From: Fidelibacterota bacterium
GTDB taxonomy: Bacteria > Fidelibacterota > UBA2242
DNA: 43,419 bases
Assembly (NCBI GenBank): GCA_028719225.1
Contig: JAQUKI010000001.1
Coordinates: 1 to 43,419 of the forward strand
Reading direction: 5' to 3'
Shown: positions 33,789 through 42,973 of the stretch, one piece after another
Numbering within the stretch: the stretch's first letter is position 1
How the letters are laid out: every line of letters begins with the position of its first letter
Made by a program: the position numbers and the translations under genes
The notes under the pieces: generated by a model
Told to the model about the DNA's origin: nothing
Databases searched by the model: none
The model's input: the letters and a program-made list of their open reading frames with translations, nothing else

Positions 33789-36700
33789 TTGTGCTTTCTT
33801 TTACTGGTCGGATTAAGCCGGATCGACGCTCAGGTCGCATCCGAAGATCCGGCACAGGATAATTTTTATATTAAAGTCGATTGGTTGGCAAAACATTTTG
33901 CCGGTATGCGGATCGATGAAAAACGTGGTTTGTCGTTTATCTCGCCTAATTACGTTTCGCTTAACGCCAATATCCTGACAGTCCAATTCGCGTCGGCAAA
34001 AATGGAGCAAAAGCCCGATTTGTCCGGCACTAATCTCCTGTTCACCAATCAAATGAGCGGAACGGACATTTTTCTCCCGCGTGGCATTTCGTTCGATGAC
34101 TATTACCAGATGAAAACGAAGACCGCTTTGCGCAAACAACTAAATGAATTGATCGCCAAAAGCGCTGAGGAAGAAAAAAAGACGCCCGCAACCGAAAAGA
34201 TAGAACTGATCGGCGCCGACATCGCCGGACAACGCGTATCGCTTCAGGTCTCGGGAAATGTCAATATCAACGGCAAGTTGCAAAACCAAAAACGATCTCA
34301 GGTACGCTCCGGTTATCAGGAAGGTCAGTCCACGACGTTCATCATCGATCAGAAACAGCAGTTGAGCATCGAAGGTAAAATCGGCGACCGAATTAGCATT
34401 CTTGTCGATCAGGACAGCGAACGCGACTTTGACTTTGAAAATGCGTTAAAAATCGTCTATACGGGACATGAAGACGACATCGTTCAAAAGGTCGAAGCCG
34501 GAAACGTCGCGCTGTCTCTGCCGGGGACCCAGTTTGTCACTTTTTCCGGCAAAAACAACGGACTGTTCGGGCTCAAGGCGCTGATGAAACTCGGCCCGGT
34601 TGACGTAACCACGATCGCATCGGTCGAAAAAGGTAAAAAGGAAAAACTCAGCGTGGACGGCGGCGCCCAAACATCGACCGGATACATCAAAGACTACGAT
34701 TACCGTAAAAACCAGTACTTTTTCCTCGATATGACTTACCGGGATTCTTTGTATACCGATTTTCAAACAACCGGAATACTTAATTTAACTAATCGCATTG
34801 TATCCGATCTTGAAGTTTACAAGTCCGTCACGACGGAAACCGCCGGATGCGTTTACGGCACTGCGTGGGTGAATCCCAACGATGAATCACAGAATGCGGA
34901 TCAAAAAGAAGAACATCTGTTCAAGCGCCTCGACCTGAGTAAAGATTATGTGGTTGATCTAAATTTAGGAATCCTTCGAGTATCGACACAACTTCAGGAA
35001 TCAGAGGTGCTTGCAGTTGCCTATCGCATAACAAATACTGCAGGAACGACCATTGAAGAGTACGGACAATGGGATCGCGCTGCCACTGATACGAATGACA
35101 TCAAATTGAAGATCATCAAACCGCAACAACTTTTACCATCGCATCCGTGCTGGAATCTGGAATTTAAAAATGTTTATTTCCTTGGAACGACCGGTATCAA
35201 CGAAGATGGTTTCGACCTGAACATCGTCTATAACTGGGGCAAGAACGGGGACATCGACCGCGATGAAACCGACGGTAAAACTTTCCTTGAAAAATTCGGT
35301 CTCGATCGTAAAGACAAGAGCGGAAATGCCACGCCCGATAATATTATCGACTTGGATAACAAATCTATTATCAATCTGCAAACGGGCGAACTCTGGTTTC
35401 CTTTCCTTCGCCCGTTCCAGTACAAGCAAAATGACCTGACAGGCGAACACAATCCGAATTTAGATTCGGCAAATTACAACTGTTCGGCAATGTACGACAG
35501 CAACCGGACAAACGCTTCGGCCATTAACGAGGACACGAAATTCAAGATCAAGTACAGTTATGAGAACCGAAGTTCGAATATCAGTCTCGGCGCAATGGTC
35601 ATCGAAAACAGCGAGTCGGTGACACTTAACGGGCAGACGCTGACGCGCGGCGTCGATTACACAATCGATTATTTCTCCGGAAGTCTTACGCTTCTTAAGG
35701 CCGAAGCCACAAATCCGGACGCCAAGCTGGACATCAAGTACGAAAAGAATCAATTCTTCCAGTTAGACAAGAAAACGATCCTCGGCGCGCGCGCGCAATA
35801 CGATTTCGGCGAAAACTCCTATATCGGCGGTACCGCGCTCTATTTCAGCCAGTCGGTAGTCGATGAAAAAGTGGATATCGGTTACGAACCAATGCGGAAT
35901 TTCGTTTGGGATTTGAATACGAAATTAAGCAAGAACCTGAATTTCCTCACACGCGCGGTCGATTGGCTGCCGCTGGTTCAGACCAATGAAACATCGAACA
36001 TTTCCTTTGAAGGTGAAATCGCGCAGGTGCGACCGAATCCCAACACATTGAGCAATGAATCGACCGACGATCCCGACGGCGTCGGATTCATCGACGATTT
36101 TGAAGGCAGCAAACGCATCACTTCGCCGCCGATTATGCGCCAATACTGGTCGCTTTCGGCAGCCCCGGTCGGCAAAACACAGAACCAGCGCGGCTTTGCT
36201 TTCTGGTTCAATCCTTATGGCGGTGTCGCGACGACGAGTATCTGGCCGAATAAAGAGGTCAGTACTCGCGCACAGAATAATCTAACGGAAGTTCTCGGAA
36301 TCGCCATGAATCCGAAATGGTCGATTCGTGTTGGTGACGGGCTCGAACCGGCTGAAAATGCATGGGGCGGCATCACCTATTATTTCCCCACAAGCTATTA
36401 CGACCAATCCAAGACCAAATATGTCGAGATTTGGGTCCGAGGAAAAACCGGGCAGTTGCATCTCGATCTCGGATATATCAGCGAAGATCAGGACGGCAAC
36501 GGAGCGTTGGACACAGAAGACAAACCGGAGCTCACCTATACCGGAAACGGTCTTCTGGATAATGGCGAAGATATCGGTCTTGACGGCGTCAAGGACGAAT
36601 ATGAAGAAATCGAAGATTCGTTCGGTGATATCATCCCGTATGGAGATTCTCGGCTCACGAAATACGCGCGCGAAACCGACGATCCGCATTCGGACAACTG

Positions 36701-39700
36701 GAGTTGGAAAGAGACCTCCACAAATTACCGGCATATCAATGGGACAGAAGGCAACGAAAACGATGTCAATGGTCTATATCCGGATACTGAAGATTTAAAC
36801 TCCAATATCGCTCTCGATGAAATTAACGATTATTTTTCCGTCGATTTCAACCTGGACGACAGCAAGGATGAGCAGTACGTCGCCGGGCGAACCGAATACT
36901 CAAACGGTCAGGAAACCGGATGGAAACTTTACCGGATCCCGCTATCAGAATTTCAGAAAATCAAATCCGAGGCCACCGTCACATGGCAGACGATTCGTTC
37001 CTGCCGTTTATGGGTAGACGGTTTCAGCGACGAAGATACGCTATGGATCGCCAAGATCGAGATGGTCGGGAATGAATGGGAAGAGGTCGGCATAGCGCCT
37101 TCCGAAACCGAGTCGTTCGTCGTCAACACGGAATCCTTTTCGGTCAGCGTCGTCAATTCGGAAGACAATCCGGACACTTACGAGGCGCCGGATGGAGTTC
37201 AAGGCGAATATGACCGCATCAACGAAATCCGCATGAAAGAGCAATCGCTGGTCCTGTGGTTCGACGGTGAGGAAGGGCTCCAGCCGGGCGCGCTTTGTGC
37301 GGCAAAAAAGGTTCTCGCAGAAGAAGCCAGTTTTATTACCTATAAAAAAATGAAACTGTTTGTAAACGGTAGCAATATCCATTCGCGAAGCCACATTTAT
37401 CAGGATGGAGAACAAACTCCGCTTCAATTCTTCATTAAATTCGGTCGTTTGGACGAAAAATACGCGCTTCACTACTACGAATACCGTCAACCGATCTATC
37501 CCGGCTGGGACTCGAAAAACAAAATGGAGATCGACCTGGATTTTATCACTCAGTTAAAATCCTACACGACGGAAGAATCGTTCCCGGATAACGACCAGCA
37601 TCCCAAACGATTCCGGATCTATTATGACGATGCCGGGGAAATTGTCAAGAGGCATTATCGCGAAGTTAAAGACGGAAAATATACCGGCGTCGAGATAATC
37701 ATCGTCGGAAACGCCGCGCTGTCACGCGTTGCCCGAATCGACATCGGGTTGAAGAACCAGAAATATTCCTTAGACGACCTAACCGAATCCTCTCCATATT
37801 CCCGATACGACAATACAATGTACGGCGAAGTCTGGCTTGACGAACTCCGGTTGTCGGAAGTCCGGCGCGACGCGGGTATCGCCTATCGTACGAAAGCATC
37901 GTTGAAAATTGCCGACCTCGCGACTCTTGATATCAGCATGGATCGGCGCGACGCCGACTTTCACACCGTCGAGCAAAGACCATCTCTGACGACAGATGCA
38001 TTGAATACGACGGAAAGTTTTCGGCTCGGCGGCCGGATTTCTCTCGACAAATTTACACCAAGTTCATGGGGCGTTCGTCTACCGTTGACCGGCGCGTATT
38101 CTCAAAACATCAGCACACCTAAATACATTCCGGGTCAGGATGTTCTTGTCGGTGATTCGCCGCCGGACAGTATCCTGAGCATTTCGCGTTCATACAGTAT
38201 GAACATCTCTTACGAAAAGCGTGTTTCCGATTACTGGCTGACCAAGTACACGATCGACCAGATCAAAGCCGGATTCAGCGCCCAATGGGCGAATAATTCC
38301 ACAGTCACTTACAAGGACAACGACGCCCAAAATTATAAGGCAAACATGTCCTACCGCGTGCCGTTCGGAAAAGAAAACTATTTTAAGATATTCAAGTGGA
38401 TGTCGTCGGTTCCGTATCTCGGAAACAAACTCGGCGAGGTGCGCTGGTACTACACGCCGAGCAACCTCGACTTTTCATTCGACACAGCCGAAGACATCAA
38501 AAACACGGTTACGCGTGGTTCCGCCTCCGACACAAATTACACGCACACTCTTGCCATGAACAGCCGCATTAACCTGAGTTATAAGTTCTTCGATAATCTG
38601 AATCTAACATACTCCAAAGACTTGAAGAACAATATGGATGAGTTGAAAAATGATAAATGGCAGGCGGTGCAAAGGTTAAATTTCGGCGTCCCTGTCAGCG
38701 TTCGTGAAAATTATTCCGCCTCCTTCTCTCCGAAAATATTCAACTGGTTATCGCCCAATATTAACTATACCGCGAATTATAACTGGTCGGAACCAATGGG
38801 CAGTGAAACGAAAAGTCTCGATGTGTTAAGCAATCAAAACCGGGTCTCGACAAGTTTCCAGCTCGATCTCGCTTCCATTTTAAACTCTGTTTATTCGCCC
38901 ACCAAAACAACGACCAGCCCGCAGCCGGCCACAGGCAGAACGCCCACCCGCGGACGCTCCGGCGGACGTTCGACTGAAGAACAATCAGAATCACCGGAAC
39001 AGCGCGGACGTCCGGGAGAGCCCGGGCAGACGGATCAACCCGGACCGCCCGGAGAACATGGACGCCCGGCCCCATCTGAACAATCGGAGAAAATGGCACA
39101 ACCGTCACAAACAGACAATAAAAAAATTGTCAAGCAGGAACTTGACGAGCCAAGGCAGATCAAATCGCTGGATATTCTCAGTAAATATCTGAAAAAATTG
39201 TCCGCCATACAATTCAGTTATTCATTCAGCCAATCCGTGAACAACAGGTATCGAACCTACGGCACGCCTGGAATTGCCTACCGGATGGGCTTTACACCGG
39301 ATCCGGGATTATCCCTCGTGGAATCGGAAAAAGGTGTCGGTAAAGACAATATCACGACCGGTATGGACGCATCGCTCCGCTCCGGGCTGAGCATTACTCC
39401 AAATATCAATACGTCGCTATCGTTCGCACAAAACATCTCTGTCACCAATTCTGCCGGACAAACGGGCAGAAACCTCAGCCGTGATTTTTTCCCGATGGGT
39501 AAAAACGGCAAGGACGGTTTCCCATTCCCGAACTGGACCGTCGGTTGGAATAACCTTGAAAAAATGAAACTGCTGAATAAAGTGTTTAAAAAACTGAGTC
39601 TCGACCACAGTTTTTCCGGAAAAGAAGCGATCGTCTGGAAAAACGGTAAAGTAATGAACTCTTCATATAAAATCTATTTCCAACCGCTCCTGAGCGTCAA

Positions 39701-40130
39701 TATGCAGTTTAAGAATGACATGACGGCGACCGCCCGCATGACCCAGGGAAGCACGATCAACAACCGTGACGCCGCTACGGAAATTACAGACGAAATGGGT
39801 ATTCAGACGACGGTCAATTTCCAGAAAAAAGGCGGCTTTACCATTCCGCTTCCCTTCCTGAAAGATAAACGTCTGGAAAATAATATAACGTTTGCCCTGA
39901 CATACGATTATAATTCATCCAAGACGCGCACCCGCGCTGCGAAGGGGGGAAAATTCGTCACCCAATCGGAAAACAATTCATGGAAGATCGCGCCACGCAT
40001 CGGTTATTCCTTTACAAAAAAGGTTACCGGCTCAATATATTATGAATATGGAGAAAGTTTCAACCGCTCGACCGGAAGAAGAACGACTAAAAACGGCGGT
40101 TTCGATATCAACATAGCAATCAGAGGTTAA
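33789..40130 (+). CDS. sprA: T9SS outer-membrane translocon SprA (Sov).
   Basis: 2113 aa. The N-terminal block DFDFENALKIVYTGHEDDIVQKVEAGNVALSLPG...LFGLKALMKLGPVDVTTIASVEKGKKEKLSVDGG matches my recollection of the SprA_N signature (FDFQN..KL.Y...EDDI.QK.E.GNVS.PL...LFG.K). Giant beta-rich barrel. The true start may be upstream at 33768 (see findings). Confidence 0.88.
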   Translation: MCFLLLVGLSRIDAQVASEDPAQDNFYIKVDWLAKHFAGMRIDEKRGLSFISPNYVSLNANILTVQFASAKMEQKPDLSGTNLLFTNQMSGTDIFLPRGISFDDYYQMKTKTALRKQLNELIAKSAEEEKKTPATEKIELIGADIAGQRVSLQVSGNVNINGKLQNQKRSQVRSGYQEGQSTTFIIDQKQQLSIEGKIGDRISILVDQDSERDFDFENALKIVYTGHEDDIVQKVEAGNVALSLPGTQFVTFSGKNNGLFGLKALMKLGPVDVTTIASVEKGKKEKLSVDGGAQTSTGYIKDYDYRKNQYFFLDMTYRDSLYTDFQTTGILNLTNRIVSDLEVYKSVTTETAGCVYGTAWVNPNDESQNADQKEEHLFKRLDLSKDYVVDLNLGILRVSTQLQESEVLAVAYRITNTAGTTIEEYGQWDRAATDTNDIKLKIIKPQQLLPSHPCWNLEFKNVYFLGTTGINEDGFDLNIVYNWGKNGDIDRDETDGKTFLEKFGLDRKDKSGNATPDNIIDLDNKSIINLQTGELWFPFLRPFQYKQNDLTGEHNPNLDSANYNCSAMYDSNRTNASAINEDTKFKIKYSYENRSSNISLGAMVIENSESVTLNGQTLTRGVDYTIDYFSGSLTLLKAEATNPDAKLDIKYEKNQFFQLDKKTILGARAQYDFGENSYIGGTALYFSQSVVDEKVDIGYEPMRNFVWDLNTKLSKNLNFLTRAVDWLPLVQTNETSNISFEGEIAQVRPNPNTLSNESTDDPDGVGFIDDFEGSKRITSPPIMRQYWSLSAAPVGKTQNQRGFAFWFNPYGGVATTSIWPNKEVSTRAQNNLTEVLGIAMNPKWSIRVGDGLEPAENAWGGITYYFPTSYYDQSKTKYVEIWVRGKTGQLHLDLGYISEDQDGNGALDTEDKPELTYTGNGLLDNGEDIGLDGVKDEYEEIEDSFGDIIPYGDSRLTKYARETDDPHSDNWSWKETSTNYRHINGTEGNENDVNGLYPDTEDLNSNIALDEINDYFSVDFNLDDSKDEQYVAGRTEYSNGQETGWKLYRIPLSEFQKIKSEATVTWQTIRSCRLWVDGFSDEDTLWIAKIEMVGNEWEEVGIAPSETESFVVNTESFSVSVVNSEDNPDTYEAPDGVQGEYDRINEIRMKEQSLVLWFDGEEGLQPGALCAAKKVLAEEASFITYKKMKLFVNGSNIHSRSHIYQDGEQTPLQFFIKFGRLDEKYALHYYEYRQPIYPGWDSKNKMEIDLDFITQLKSYTTEESFPDNDQHPKRFRIYYDDAGEIVKRHYREVKDGKYTGVEIIIVGNAALSRVARIDIGLKNQKYSLDDLTESSPYSRYDNTMYGEVWLDELRLSEVRRDAGIAYRTKASLKIADLATLDISMDRRDADFHTVEQRPSLTTDALNTTESFRLGGRISLDKFTPSSWGVRLPLTGAYSQNISTPKYIPGQDVLVGDSPPDSILSISRSYSMNISYEKRVSDYWLTKYTIDQIKAGFSAQWANNSTVTYKDNDAQNYKANMSYRVPFGKENYFKIFKWMSSVPYLGNKLGEVRWYYTPSNLDFSFDTAEDIKNTVTRGSASDTNYTHTLAMNSRINLSYKFFDNLNLTYSKDLKNNMDELKNDKWQAVQRLNFGVPVSVRENYSASFSPKIFNWLSPNINYTANYNWSEPMGSETKSLDVLSNQNRVSTSFQLDLASILNSVYSPTKTTTSPQPATGRTPTRGRSGGRSTEEQSESPEQRGRPGEPGQTDQPGPPGEHGRPAPSEQSEKMAQPSQTDNKKIVKQELDEPRQIKSLDILSKYLKKLSAIQFSYSFSQSVNNRYRTYGTPGIAYRMGFTPDPGLSLVESEKGVGKDNITTGMDASLRSGLSITPNINTSLSFAQNISVTNSAGQTGRNLSRDFFPMGKNGKDGFPFPNWTVGWNNLEKMKLLNKVFKKLSLDHSFSGKEAIVWKNGKVMNSSYKIYFQPLLSVNMQFKNDMTATARMTQGSTINNRDAATEITDEMGIQTTVNFQKKGGFTIPLPFLKDKRLENNITFALTYDYNSSKTRTRAAKGGKFVTQSENNSWKIAPRIGYSFTKKVTGSIYYEYGESFNRSTGRRTTKNGGFDINIAIRG

Positions 40131-40131
40131 T

Positions 40132-41052
40132 GTGAAAAAAGTTTATCCTGTATTTTTTATCTTCATGCTTTTGCTCGCCAATTGTTCGACGCATTCGTTC
40201 AATTTCGACGGCGAGAAAGCATATCAATATCTCCAGCAACAATGCGATCTTGGCGTGCGGAATCCCGGTTCGACGGGGCACAATGCCGCAAAAGAACTCA
40301 TCACGAAAACGGTCTCACCGCTCGCCGATACAGTCGTATTTCAAGAATTTGAATCATACGTCGATTCCGAGAAAGTCACGTTAAAACTTACCAATATCGT
40401 CGCCGGATTTGCGACAAAGAAAGGCAACCCGCTTCTCATCGGCGCGCACTTCGACACCCGGCCGCGCGCAGACCGCGATCCCAATCCGCTGAACCGCGAA
40501 TTTCCCATTATTGGCGCGAACGACGGCGCCAGCGGCGTGGCGGTTCTTCTGCATCTGGCTGAACTCCTCAACCAGAATCCACCGCCGCGAACAGTCTATC
40601 TGGTTTTCTTCGACGGAGAAGATTACGGCTTTTCCGGAACGCTCGATTACTACTGTATCGGCTCGGAGTATTTCGCGAAAAATCTGCCGATCCCAAAGCC
40701 TGTCGAAGCGATCGTCGTCGATATGATCGGCGATGCCGACCTTTCAATACCCGTCGAACGCAATTCCTACCGTAGTCATCCAAAACTCACGAAGCAGTTG
40801 GGAGATATTGCCCGCAAACGCGGATTCAATCAATTCGAACACCGGTTGGGCGAGGAAATTTACGACGATCATCTCATGCTGATCCAATATGCCGGTATTC
40901 CGTCCGTGGATTTGATCGATTTCGAGTATCCGAACAAATCGACCAATTACTGGCACACAACGCTCGACACGCCGGACAAATGCAGCGCGAAAAGTCTTCG
41001 GGTTATCGGTCAGGTGCTTTGCGATTATATCTATGGAGAGAATGAAGAATAA
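40132..41052 (+). CDS. M28-fold zinc protein, glutaminyl-peptide cyclotransferase-like lipoprotein.
   Basis: GTG start 1 nt after the sprA stop. Lipobox LLLANC. AHFDTR, GANDGASGVAVLLHLAE, FFDGEDYG, VDMIGD. The C-terminal IPSVDLIDF...YWHTTLDTPD resembles the IP..HLI...WHT..D motif of animal-type/Bacteroidetes QCs. M28 aminopeptidase is not excluded. Confidence 0.6.
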   Translation: MKKVYPVFFIFMLLLANCSTHSFNFDGEKAYQYLQQQCDLGVRNPGSTGHNAAKELITKTVSPLADTVVFQEFESYVDSEKVTLKLTNIVAGFATKKGNPLLIGAHFDTRPRADRDPNPLNREFPIIGANDGASGVAVLLHLAELLNQNPPPRTVYLVFFDGEDYGFSGTLDYYCIGSEYFAKNLPIPKPVEAIVVDMIGDADLSIPVERNSYRSHPKLTKQLGDIARKRGFNQFEHRLGEEIYDDHLMLIQYAGIPSVDLIDFEYPNKSTNYWHTTLDTPDKCSAKSLRVIGQVLCDYIYGENEE

Positions 41053-41905
41053 TTCCGACATAAAGAGCGAACCGGCAAAAAAACCCTGGAAAAAGATCGT
41101 CTTCAGCCGAAATGTATGCGACGAAGAGCTTCTGCTGGCTCTCCTGGGTGCAAATGATAATGTAGCCACGCTGGAATTCGGAGATCGGATCGAAGCCATT
41201 TTCCCGATTGAAGAGCGCGAGCGGCTATTTGAATCGTTCGAACCGTTCGCCGAAAAACTTCATCTTGCCGGCGCGATCCTTTCCGAAGGCGACATCGCGG
41301 ATGAAAACTGGCGACTGAACTGGCAGAAGTATTATCGACGGATCGATCTGGAAAACGGAATCAGTATTCGCCCTTACTGGGTAGCGCCGAAACCGGACGC
41401 TGAATTGGAAATCGCCATTAAACCCGGCATGGCATTCGGCACCGGCACGCATGAAACGACACAGTTAGCCCTTCTTTTCCTAAAAAAATATCTCCGACGC
41501 GGAATGACCGTTCTCGATGCCGGTTGCGGCAACGGAATCCTGTCGATTGCCGCTTTAAAACTCGGCGCCGCATCCGTCGATTGCCGGGACATCGATCCGG
41601 ATGTTGAGGAAAATTTCCATGAACAAATGACACTGAACCAAATCTCCGGAAATTTCTCGTTTCAAGTCAGCGACGCAACCGACCTGAAATCGTATGATTA
41701 CGATCTCATTCTGAGCAATATCGAACGGAAACCGAATTTGCACCTTCTGCAATCGGCGGCCGAGAATTATACGCATGCGTTGATCATCTTTACGGGAATT
41801 CTGACAGATGAATATACGATATTTGCCGACGCCGTGCTAAATTACGGGCGAGAAGTCGTTGAGACGATGACTAAAAGTGAATGGATTGCAATCGTGGTGA
41901 AATAA
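41033..41905 (+). CDS. prmA: Ribosomal protein L11 methyltransferase.
   Basis: PGMAFGTGTHETTQLAL and VLDAGCGNGILSIAALKLGA are PrmA/SAM-binding motifs. The start is 41033 or 41042; either overlaps the upstream stop. Confidence 0.88.
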   Translation: MERMKNNSDIKSEPAKKPWKKIVFSRNVCDEELLLALLGANDNVATLEFGDRIEAIFPIEERERLFESFEPFAEKLHLAGAILSEGDIADENWRLNWQKYYRRIDLENGISIRPYWVAPKPDAELEIAIKPGMAFGTGTHETTQLALLFLKKYLRRGMTVLDAGCGNGILSIAALKLGAASVDCRDIDPDVEENFHEQMTLNQISGNFSFQVSDATDLKSYDYDLILSNIERKPNLHLLQSAAENYTHALIIFTGILTDEYTIFADAVLNYGREVVETMTKSEWIAIVVK

Positions 41906-42973
41906 ATGAAATCATACCGGTTTATTAGTCTTGTCATTCTTGCTTTCGGGCTGGCATCCTGTTTTAAACCGACGACGGAAACACCCGAGTCCGGTAATCC
42001 TGCGATCGACAGTCTTACGATTCATTATTCACAGATAAACAAATCCATTTTCATTGCCGCCGATATTTCCGACCCGCAGGGAACCGACGATATCGACTCG
42101 GTCGTTTTTACACTTTCACGATTAGCGAGCGAAACTTCGACAACCGGCACACCGATTTTAACCGGGCGTCTATCGGACAATGGTCCGCCTGAAGATATTA
42201 TCTGCCGCGATGGCGTTTTTTCATTTCTCGTCGATTCGGCCATTTTCGGCAACCGGAACGGCTATTACAAAGTTGAAGTCGTTGCATACGATTCTGACGG
42301 CAATGAAAGTGAGGCGGTTTTCCAAAAAACAAAAGTTGAAAAAAACGCGGCGCCGACGATCTTCATGCTTTCCGCTCCAACTAACTTTGAAAAAGGCGAC
42401 ACGTTGAAATTCAGAATCCGGGCGACTGACCCGCAAGGATCGGACGACATCGTCTCCGTTTCGTACGGTATCCGGCGTCCGAACGGCCAATATTCGGAAG
42501 ATCCGACATGGACTTTACGCGACGATGGTGTGATGGGTGATGATCACGCCGACGACGGCATTTATACGGTTTTTCAACCTTCCAGCGCTCAAAGCGTAAT
42601 TCAGGGACTCTTCACTTTTTATTTCATTGCTAAAGACGTCAGCGGCGAACGGAGCGACACGCTAAAAGCCCCGATTACCAATCCCGGCGTCACAGTCACA
42701 TTTCCGAACCTTCAGGAAAGCTTTTCTGTCGGAGATACATTATCGATCCGCTGGGAAAGCGCCTATATTGCATCAGTCCAACTTGCCTATACTCTCAATG
42801 CCAGCGCAGCGGATCCGACATTTACCAATATTGTCATCATCACGGCATCAACCGGGCTTTACCGCTGGAAAATCCCATCCGGTCTTCAATCATCCGACTG
42901 TCGGATCAAAATATACGACACGTCGAAATCCAGCCGTTACGACATCAGCGACAACTCATTCACGATCCAATAA
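41906..42973 (+). CDS. Lipoprotein with tandem Ig-like repeats, function unknown.
   Basis: ATG lies immediately after the prmA TAA. Lipobox GLASC. Repeated units carry DISDPQGTDDIDSVVF and RATDPQGSDDIVSVSY. C-terminal Ig-like module (SIRWES...YRWKIPSGL...CRIKIYD). Confidence 0.6.
   Translation: MKSYRFISLVILAFGLASCFKPTTETPESGNPAIDSLTIHYSQINKSIFIAADISDPQGTDDIDSVVFTLSRLASETSTTGTPILTGRLSDNGPPEDIICRDGVFSFLVDSAIFGNRNGYYKVEVVAYDSDGNESEAVFQKTKVEKNAAPTIFMLSAPTNFEKGDTLKFRIRATDPQGSDDIVSVSYGIRRPNGQYSEDPTWTLRDDGVMGDDHADDGIYTVFQPSSAQSVIQGLFTFYFIAKDVSGERSDTLKAPITNPGVTVTFPNLQESFSVGDTLSIRWESAYIASVQLAYTLNASAADPTFTNIVIITASTGLYRWKIPSGLQSSDCRIKIYDTSKSSRYDISDNSFTIQ

Noticed and set aside
38761-39108. 115-aa minus-strand ORF inside sprA.
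   Set aside because: It is a shadow ORF created by the GC-rich Pro/Gly/Arg-coding low-complexity insert of sprA. It has no Shine-Dalgarno site and a Pro/Arg/Ala-rich nonsense composition.
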